A DNA stretch of 47,268 bases, from NCBI GenBank assembly GCA_041166285.1, contig JBEEFR010000043.1, positions 1 to 47,268 on the forward strand, written 5' to 3'. The stretch is from Actinomycetota bacterium. GTDB taxonomy: Bacteria; Actinomycetota; Acidimicrobiia; Acidimicrobiales; JACCXE01. Positions within the stretch are counted from its first letter, which is position 1; the number at the start of each line of letters is the position of its first letter. The position numbers were made by a program, and so were the translations under genes. This document shows positions 40,799-47,268 of this stretch, one piece after another. Under the pieces are notes generated by a model, which was not told the origin of the DNA, made no database searches, and saw nothing but the letters and a program-made list of their open reading frames with translations.

Positions 40799-40814
40799 GG
40801 CCGTGGATCTTCCG
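40768..40814. repeat. Strong hairpin overlapping the cyclase start (possible terminator or translational block)
   Basis: Perfect 14-bp arms 40772-40785/40798-40811, extendable to 17 bp with one bulge; 12-nt loop. Confidence 0.8.
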
Positions 40815-40826
40815 AACGAAGCGGTC

Positions 40827-42152
40827 CTACTTGGACCCGCTGATCACACCACCAATAGGCGGAACCACGATGTCGCGGAGGAGTGCGATCGTGAACTTCC
40901 AAGTTCCGCTGCTCAGCTTGACGGCGTTCTGCAAACAAACTTCGTTCACGTTTCGCAGCACGGCCGTGGCCTTGGCGTACGAAGAGCACTGCAGCAGCTT
41001 GGTGGGCGTCGTCTGGCCGGAAGCGATGTAGTACAGGACGTCGGTGCACTTCGGCGAGCCGATGCCGTTGCAGGCGAGCTTGCCGTAGTTGAGGTCCCAC
41101 GAGAACGGGTGGTTCGGATCGCTACCCGAGTACGTACCGCTGTTCGGGAACAGCGCTTCGGCGGCGTAAGAGTTGCAGTTGGTCGTGCCGCACTTCGTCC
41201 CGGCGGGGAGGTCGACGACGTGCAGGTCGAGGAACAGGCCTGGTGCCGATCCCGTCGGCACCGCGAAAGTCTGCGTCGTGGCGCGCTCGGTGTCGCTGAG
41301 GCTCTTGCCCGCAGGCACGAATGCACTGGCGTTGGCGTACAGGTTGGTCGTGACGCTGACCGAAGCCGTGCCGCCGTTTTGCCCGGTCGCACTGAGCCCG
41401 GTCTGCATCGACGAGCCGGACGCCGGCGTCTTGACCGCGATGTCGAACGACTTCGTTTGGTTGATGCCGTAGCTGCTCGTGCACACGACACTGGCGCCGC
41501 CGTTGGCTGCGGCACAACCGGCGGGCAGAGCGAGCGCGGGGTCATAGCCGTTCGCGGTGCTGACGGTCAGCGTGATGTTTTGCGCGGCGTTGTTGTTGGT
41601 CACCGACGCCGTAATCAGCGCGTCGTCACCGTTGCGCACCTGGTCGGGCTTGCTGACGCCCGAAACGCTGACGTTGTACGCGAGGTTCGTGACCGAGCTG
41701 GCGCTGTTGTTGGAGTTGTCGGGGAAGACGTTCAGCTCGCCGTTCGCCGCCACGACATTGGCGACGGTCGTCACCGTGGTGACGCCGGTGTTGGGCGTGA
41801 CGGTGACGGATTCGGAGATGGCAGCACCGGGGCTGATCGCGCCCACCGTGCACGTGGCGACGCCGTTCGAGATCGGGCACTCGGCCGGAGCCGCGGTCAC
41901 CGCGCCACCGGACGCACTGATGATCAGCTTCGATCCGGCGTTCTGGCTGAGCAGTCCGGAGTTGGTGATGGTGCCCACCGCCGAGAACGACCCGCTCGTC
42001 ATGGACGGCACCGCGATCGACGCGGCGACGTCGGATGCCGACACGATCGGGTCGGCGTCAGCGGGCGACGCCCCGATGCCCACCCATGTACCAAGAACGG
42101 CGCCCGCGACAGCAAGCGCTAACAATCGATTACGAAACCCCATTTGGGCCAC
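40827..42152 (-). CDS. Secreted Ser/Thr/Asn-rich protein with DUF11/Ig-like repeats
   Basis: Signal peptide ending ADA, two P..C......TC repeats, PDNSNNSAS motif, Cys-paired C-terminal domain. Confidence 0.75.
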   Translation of the reverse strand: MAQMGFRNRLLALAVAGAVLGTWVGIGASPADADPIVSASDVAASIAVPSMTSGSFSAVGTITNSGLLSQNAGSKLIISASGGAVTAAPAECPISNGVATCTVGAISPGAAISESVTVTPNTGVTTVTTVANVVAANGELNVFPDNSNNSASSVTNLAYNVSVSGVSKPDQVRNGDDALITASVTNNNAAQNITLTVSTANGYDPALALPAGCAAANGGASVVCTSSYGINQTKSFDIAVKTPASGSSMQTGLSATGQNGGTASVSVTTNLYANASAFVPAGKSLSDTERATTQTFAVPTGSAPGLFLDLHVVDLPAGTKCGTTNCNSYAAEALFPNSGTYSGSDPNHPFSWDLNYGKLACNGIGSPKCTDVLYYIASGQTTPTKLLQCSSYAKATAVLRNVNEVCLQNAVKLSSGTWKFTIALLRDIVVPPIGGVISGSK

Positions 42153-42210
42153 ACCCCCGTGTGTTTAGAACGGCCACCGCCAGAGTGACAGAAGCGAAAG
42201 CCCTGCTCAA

Positions 42211-42226
42211 CGTGACTTGCGTCACA
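42211..42226. promoter_or_regulatory. Possible CRP-family binding site
   Basis: CGTGA-CTTGCG-TCACA, one mismatch to TGTGA-N6-TCACA, between divergent promoters. Confidence 0.5.
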
Positions 42227-42243
42227 ACCGGTAGGGTCCGCGC

Positions 42244-42786
42244 ATGATCGGGGTGATCGTCGCGGTCGTTTTGTTGCTTTTCGTGCTTTCGTTCGGCGTC
42301 CGCACGTTCAATCGGTTGGTGAAACAACGAAACGCGCTCGCTGACGCGTGGGCCGGCATCGACGTGCAACTCACGCGGCGCGCCGATCTCGTGCCGAACC
42401 TCGTGGAAGTCGTGAAGGGTTACAAGCTGCACGAGCAGCAGACGCTGGAAGAGGTCGTCGCAGCGCGCACGCACGCGCGCGGCGCGGCGGCCACCGGCAA
42501 CGCTGAAGAGAAAGTGCAAAACGCCGTCGGCTCGCTCATCGCGGTCGCCGAGGCGTATCCGGATCTCAAAGCGAACGCGAGCTTCCAGCAGTTGCAAACG
42601 GAGTTGACGACGCTCGAAGATGACCTGTCGTTTGCGCGCCGATACTAAAACGGCACCGTGCGCATCTACAAGACGTCGCATCTGTCGTTTACGACGTTGC
42701 TGTTCGCAGGCGTGCTGTGGTTCAACCCCGCTGAGTATTTCCAGGCCGACCTCGACGCGAAGGAAGCACCCAGTGCGCGTCTGTAA
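42244..42786 (+). pseudogene. lemA: LemA family protein with in-frame TAA at 42646-42648
   Basis: AWAGIDVQLTRRADLVPNLV, AVAEAYPDLKAN, ARRY*NGTVR. The LemA-like frame continues to the natural stop at 42786. Confidence 0.85.
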
Positions 42787-44575
42787 GGCACTCGCCGCGG
42801 CACTCATCGTTGGCGCCTTCGTTTTCGTCGGCGCTGGACACGCCAGCGCCGAGAGCATCGGGTTCCACGTCGCGTCGTACCGCATGCGCATGGACATCCA
42901 GCGCGACGGCAGCATCAACGTGGAGGAGACGATCGACGTCGACTTCGCGGACGAGCCGCACCACGGCATCTTCGAGTACCGCCAAGTCCGTTACGACTGG
43001 CCGAAGGACTCGAAGTACGAGCGCGTCTACAAGATCGGCCACGTGCACACGACGGCGACCGACATCTCCGCGCACAACGCCATCAGCGACGAGCAGCGGT
43101 TCAAGCTGTTCAAGATCGGTGACCCCAAACGCACGGCGACGGGCCGCCACACCTACGTCATCACGTACCGCCTGCGCGGGGCTCTCAACGGGTTCCCCGA
43201 CCACGACGAGTTGTACTGGGACGCAATCGGCAACCGATGGGACGTCCCCATCGATCACGCCGAAGTCGTCGTGAGCGCGCCCGGTGGCGTCCAGCAAGTG
43301 ACGTGTTTCGCTGGACCGCAGGGCGCCACGACGAACTGCAACGCCAGCGAGGTGGTGTCGCCGACGGAGGCCGACTTCGCGCAGGAGGCAACGCTGTATC
43401 CCGGCACCGGCCTGACGATCGCCGTGTCGATGGCGAAGGGCAACATCGCGCCGAAGGGCGTCGCCCCCATCCTCGACGAGAAGTGGGCGTTCCAGCGCGC
43501 CTTCGCCGTCACGCCGACCACCGTCGGTGCGTCGGTGTTCGCATTTGCAGTGCTCGGCCTCGCAGTCCTCAGCAAGCTCTGGCAGACCGGTCGAGACCGG
43601 CGCCGCAGCGCGGGCGCCGACGACGAGCGCATGCCGATGTTCGATCGTCACGGCGGACCCGTGCAATACCGCCCGCCGGACGACATGCGTCCAGCGCAGG
43701 TCGGCGTGCTGATCGACGAAACCGCCGATCCCCTGGACGTGACGGCGACGATCATCGACTTCGGCGTCCGCGGCTACCTCACGATCGAGGAAACGGAAAA
43801 GGCTGGCCTCTTTCACAAAGCCGACTGGAGGCTGACCAAGACCAAAGAAGACGACGGCTCGCTGCTGACCTACGAGCGGCGCCTCTTCAACGCGTTGTTC
43901 GACGGTCGCGACCAGGTGAGCCTTTCGGAGTTGAAGAACAAGTTCGCGGCGGACCTCCACCACGTGCAGGACAGCCTCTACGCCGACGCCGTCGAGCGGA
44001 AGTGGTTCGCCAAGCGGCCTGACACCGTGCGCAACAAGTACCTCGCGCTCGGCGTCGTCGCCACGCTCGCCGCCATCGGCGTGCTCGTGCTGCTGGCGAT
44101 CTTCACGCACGCCGCGCTGATCGGCGTGCCGCTGGTCATCGTCGGCCTCATCATGTTGGCGACGCACAGCATGATGCCGGCGCGCACCGGTGCCGGCAGC
44201 GACGCGTTGGATCGCGTGATGGGATTCCGCACGTACATGGCGACGGCCGAAGCCGACCGCATGAAGTTCGCCGAGGAAGAGGACATCTTCGCCAAGTACC
44301 TGCCCTACGCCATCGTGTTCCACGAGACCGGGCACTGGGCGAAGGTCTTCCACGACATCTACGGCGACACACCGCCGCCAGGCATGGGTTGGTACTCCCC
44401 GTACGGATCGTGGAACGCGTTCAGCTTCGGCGGCTTCGCGTCGTCGATGTCGAACTTCGCCGTGCAGACGTCGGGCACGATCGTGTCGACTCCGTCGTCG
44501 TCGGGCAGCAGCGGCTTTGGCGGCGGAGGTTTCTCCGGAGGCGGAGGCGGCGGCGGTGGAGGAGGGGGCTGGTAA
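42773..44575 (+). CDS. DUF2207 family membrane protein
   Basis: DGSINVEETI, HGIF, ELYWDAIG..W..PI, ATIID...RGYL, YLPYAI, Gly-rich tail ending GGGGW; follows lemA. Confidence 0.9.
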   Translation: MRVCKALAAALIVGAFVFVGAGHASAESIGFHVASYRMRMDIQRDGSINVEETIDVDFADEPHHGIFEYRQVRYDWPKDSKYERVYKIGHVHTTATDISAHNAISDEQRFKLFKIGDPKRTATGRHTYVITYRLRGALNGFPDHDELYWDAIGNRWDVPIDHAEVVVSAPGGVQQVTCFAGPQGATTNCNASEVVSPTEADFAQEATLYPGTGLTIAVSMAKGNIAPKGVAPILDEKWAFQRAFAVTPTTVGASVFAFAVLGLAVLSKLWQTGRDRRRSAGADDERMPMFDRHGGPVQYRPPDDMRPAQVGVLIDETADPLDVTATIIDFGVRGYLTIEETEKAGLFHKADWRLTKTKEDDGSLLTYERRLFNALFDGRDQVSLSELKNKFAADLHHVQDSLYADAVERKWFAKRPDTVRNKYLALGVVATLAAIGVLVLLAIFTHAALIGVPLVIVGLIMLATHSMMPARTGAGSDALDRVMGFRTYMATAEADRMKFAEEEDIFAKYLPYAIVFHETGHWAKVFHDIYGDTPPPGMGWYSPYGSWNAFSFGGFASSMSNFAVQTSGTIVSTPSSSGSSGFGGGGFSGGGGGGGGGGGW

Positions 44576-45390
44576 TGGGCTCGCTTGACGGGATGAATGC
44601 GTTGGTCACCGGTGGCGGCTCCGGCCTGGGGCTCGCGATCGCGAAGCGGTTCGCGGCTGACGGCGCGACCGTCACCATCTGCGGGCGCGACGAAAAGCGG
44701 CTCGAGCGCGGACTGAGCGAGTTGCCGGAAGGGTCGCGTTCGATTCAGTGCGACGTGCGCGACGAGGACGCGGTGCGGGCCGCGGTCGACCATGCAGCGC
44801 AAGGCGCGGGTCTGCACATCGCAGTCGCCAACGCCGGCACCGGGTCGTTCGCGCCGATCACGACGACGGATCTCGCGGCGTGGAACGCGGTGCTGGAGAC
44901 GAACCTCACGGGCGTGTTCCTCACCTTCAAGCACGCGGGCGCAGCGATCGCGCGCAGCGGCGGCGGCGCCATGCTGGCGATCTCGTCGATCGCCGGCGCG
45001 CTGACGCACCGCTACATGGGTCCGTACTGCGTGTCGAAAGCTGCGGTCGAGATGCTCGTGCGCAACACCGCTGACGAACTCGGCATGGTCGGAGTACGCG
45101 TCAACGCAGTGCGCCCGGGTCTCGTCCCGACGGAGTTGTCGACGTTCCTCACGAGCAACGAGTACGTGCAGGCCGACTACCTCGAACAGATGCCGCTCGG
45201 GCGCAACGGCACACCGGAGGAGATCGCCGAAGCGGTTCGATACCTGTGTGGGCCCGAGGCCGCGTGGACGACGGGCCAGGTGATCTCTGTTGACGGCGGG
45301 CATACGCTTCGTCGTGGGCCCGATATGCACGGGGTCATGGAACAGGCGGTGGGCGCCGACGCGGTGCGCTCGATGCTCGAAGGAAGGTGA
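44575..45390 (+). CDS. Short-chain dehydrogenase/reductase
   Basis: TGGGSGLG, NAG, ISS, YCVSK, VNAVRPG, VDGG. Confidence 0.94.
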   Translation: MGSLDGMNALVTGGGSGLGLAIAKRFAADGATVTICGRDEKRLERGLSELPEGSRSIQCDVRDEDAVRAAVDHAAQGAGLHIAVANAGTGSFAPITTTDLAAWNAVLETNLTGVFLTFKHAGAAIARSGGGAMLAISSIAGALTHRYMGPYCVSKAAVEMLVRNTADELGMVGVRVNAVRPGLVPTELSTFLTSNEYVQADYLEQMPLGRNGTPEEIAEAVRYLCGPEAAWTTGQVISVDGGHTLRRGPDMHGVMEQAVGADAVRSMLEGR

Positions 45391-45394
45391 CGAA

Positions 45395-46270
45395 GTGACG
45401 GATCCGGCGCTGTCGTTCCTCGCTCGTCGCATCTGGCGACGCCTCGAGCCGTACCACGCGATCACCTACTTCGCGCGGGAGAGCCGCAACGCCTGGGACT
45501 CCGTCGGCATGAAGGGGTTCTGGATGGGCTACTTCGCGTCGCGCGCCGGCGCGATGGGCGCCGTCGGCCCCAAGCTCGTGACGGCGACCTTCTACAACTT
45601 CCATCACACGCGGGTCGAGCGCGCCGTTCCCGATTGCTGGCACATCACGACGCCGCACGCGGTGCTACGGGCGCGCCTCGACGGCGTCGTCAACGCGCTC
45701 TCGGCCGCCATCGACGTCGACCTCGAAGCCGTGAAACTGCTGGCGCCGCTGGCGCGCACGGTCGCCGAAGCGGCGTGCGAGGACATCGGTGGCCGCCCGC
45801 TGTTCGCGGCGCACGCGCAGCAGCACTGGCCCGAAGAGGGCGCGGCGCTGCAGGCGTGGTGGGCAGCCACGCTTATCCGTGAGCATCGCGGCGACGGCCA
45901 CATCGCCGCTCTCGTCGATGCCGGCGTGGCGCCGTGCGAAGCGCTGGTGTTGCAGTCGACGTACACGACGATTCCGCGCGAGACGTTGCAGGTGTCGCGC
46001 AATTGGCCTGACGCCGAGTGGGACGAAGCCGTTGCGTCGTTGATCGAGCGCGGTTGGCTCGACGCCGACGGTCTCGGCAACGAAGCGGGACGTGACGCGT
46101 TGGCCGCGATCGAACAACGCACCGACGAACTGGCGGCGCGGCCACTCGCCGTCGTCGGCGTCGACGCCGCGGCCGCGCTCGCCGAGGCGGCGCTGCCCGT
46201 CGCGCAAGGCGTGATGAAAAGCGGCGTGGTCCCCTCGATCAACCCGATCTTCGGCGACGAGCTGATCTAG
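45395..46270 (+). CDS. SCO6745/SalK-like actinobacterial protein
   Basis: LEPYHA..YF, GYFASRA, ATFYNF, GRPLFA and IREHRGDGH motifs. Confidence 0.8.
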   Translation: MTDPALSFLARRIWRRLEPYHAITYFARESRNAWDSVGMKGFWMGYFASRAGAMGAVGPKLVTATFYNFHHTRVERAVPDCWHITTPHAVLRARLDGVVNALSAAIDVDLEAVKLLAPLARTVAEAACEDIGGRPLFAAHAQQHWPEEGAALQAWWAATLIREHRGDGHIAALVDAGVAPCEALVLQSTYTTIPRETLQVSRNWPDAEWDEAVASLIERGWLDADGLGNEAGRDALAAIEQRTDELAARPLAVVGVDAAAALAEAALPVAQGVMKSGVVPSINPIFGDELI

Positions 46271-47268
46271 AGCAGGTCGCGGACGAGCGCGGCTACCAGG
46301 CGCGCGCGTTCGGGCATCGAACCCACGATGACGTGTTCGTCGCGCGCGTGCGCGCCGTCGCCGACGGCGCCGAGTCCGTCGAGGGTCGGTACGCCGATGC
46401 CAGCGGTGAAGTTGCCGTCGCTGCCGCCACCGACCGGCTGACCGCGTAGCGGCGCCAGCCCTAACCCTTCGGCGACGCGCTGCGCGCGCGCGAACAACGC
46501 AGCCGACGCTGCCTCTGCGAGCGGCGGACGGTTGATGCCGCCGTCGAACGCGAACGACGTCCCGCTCACCGTCGGCGCGAGATCGCGGATGGCGCGGTCG
46601 ACGCGTTCGAGTTCTGCCTGGGTTTCGCCACGCAGGTCGATCTCCACCGACGCCTGCGCCGGGACGACGTTCCGCGCGGTGCCGGCGGTGGCGGTCGTCG
46701 GCGTGACGGTCGTGCCCTGCGCGGGATCGGCGAACGCCGCGATCGCCCGCACGGCGTCGGCCATGGCAATCAGCGCGTTCGCGCCGTTCTCCGGTTCGAG
46801 GCCGGCGTGGGCTGCCTTGCCGGTGACGTTGAGACGGTAGAAGCCGACGCCCTTGCGCGCGGTCTTGAGCGCGCCGTCGACGGACGGCTCGAGCACCAAC
46901 GCGGCGCTCGCGCCGCGTGCGGTGTCTTCGACGAGGGCGCGCGATGAAAGCGAGCCGATCTCCTCATCGCTGTTGACCAGCAACGTCACGCCGTCGAGAT
47001 CGTCGAGCGACGCCAACGCGTGCAGCGCCATGACGAGGCCCGACTTCATGTCGAAGCTGCCGGGACCGCGGGCGACGCCGTCCCTGACATCGAACGGCAG
47101 CTCGGCCAGCGTGCCCATCGGCCACACCGTGTCGAGGTGACCGATGACGGCGACCTTTGTCGGTGACGAACCGAAACGCCATCGCAGGTGCGTCGACCCG
47201 TCCACGACGATGCGCTCGGGGGCGACGCCGATCGTGGAGCCTGCGACGTCAGTGAGCGCGTCAGCGCA
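46267..47268 (-). CDS. M20 metallopeptidase, carboxypeptidase G2-like (5' end outside window)
   Basis: GHLDTVW, GPG..DMK.G, DEEIGS, LEP, AHAG, GGGSDGN, GAHA..E. Frame is open to the window edge. Confidence 0.93.
   Translation of the reverse strand, partial: CADALTDVAGSTIGVAPERIVVDGSTHLRWRFGSSPTKVAVIGHLDTVWPMGTLAELPFDVRDGVARGPGSFDMKSGLVMALHALASLDDLDGVTLLVNSDEEIGSLSSRALVEDTARGASAALVLEPSVDGALKTARKGVGFYRLNVTGKAAHAGLEPENGANALIAMADAVRAIAAFADPAQGTTVTPTTATAGTARNVVPAQASVEIDLRGETQAELERVDRAIRDLAPTVSGTSFAFDGGINRPPLAEAASAALFARAQRVAEGLGLAPLRGQPVGGGSDGNFTAGIGVPTLDGLGAVGDGAHARDEHVIVGSMPERARLVAALVRDLL

Noticed and set aside
42646-42648. Stop-codon reassignment or programmed readthrough in lemA
   Set aside because: TAA terminates several other genes in the window (e.g. 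4249, 44575), and this is a single case.
44505-44572. GGC/GGA-rich repetitive tract
   Set aside because: Encodes the normal Gly-rich C-terminus of DUF2207 proteins.

Overview
High-GC actinobacterial chromosomal segment. Gene content and frequent leaderless starts suggest an Acidimicrobiia-like organism, which is inference. It is densely coding, with about 35 genes for lipid and small-molecule metabolism, transport and regulation. These include an M23 peptidase, tRNA-Leu(CAG), HxlR/thioesterase/MFS, GDPD, a nitrite/sulfite reductase with an FNT channel, a GNAT, two alpha/beta hydrolases, a sortase-anchored S8/FG-GAP protein with a ceramidase-like partner, TetR/MFS, yaaA, a membrane SGNH protein, AraC-VOC-UvrA2, a TetR-diiron-acyl-CoA ligase-ACAD operon, PadR-ABC, a soluble-AC-like STAND cyclase, lemA (internal stop) with DUF2207, an SDR, a SCO6745-like protein and an M20 peptidase. 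No integrase, transposase, reverse transcriptase or CRISPR array is visible. The two most unusual signals are non-coding. (1) A ~190-nt region immediately behind tRNA-Leu folds by hand into a closed, multi-junction, pseudoknotted RNA that I cannot assign to a known family. (2) An exact 25-bp direct repeat duplicates the start of a hydrolase gene and brackets a lone GNAT gene like a recombinase-free 501-bp cassette. All product calls come from motif recognition by eye; no searches were run.
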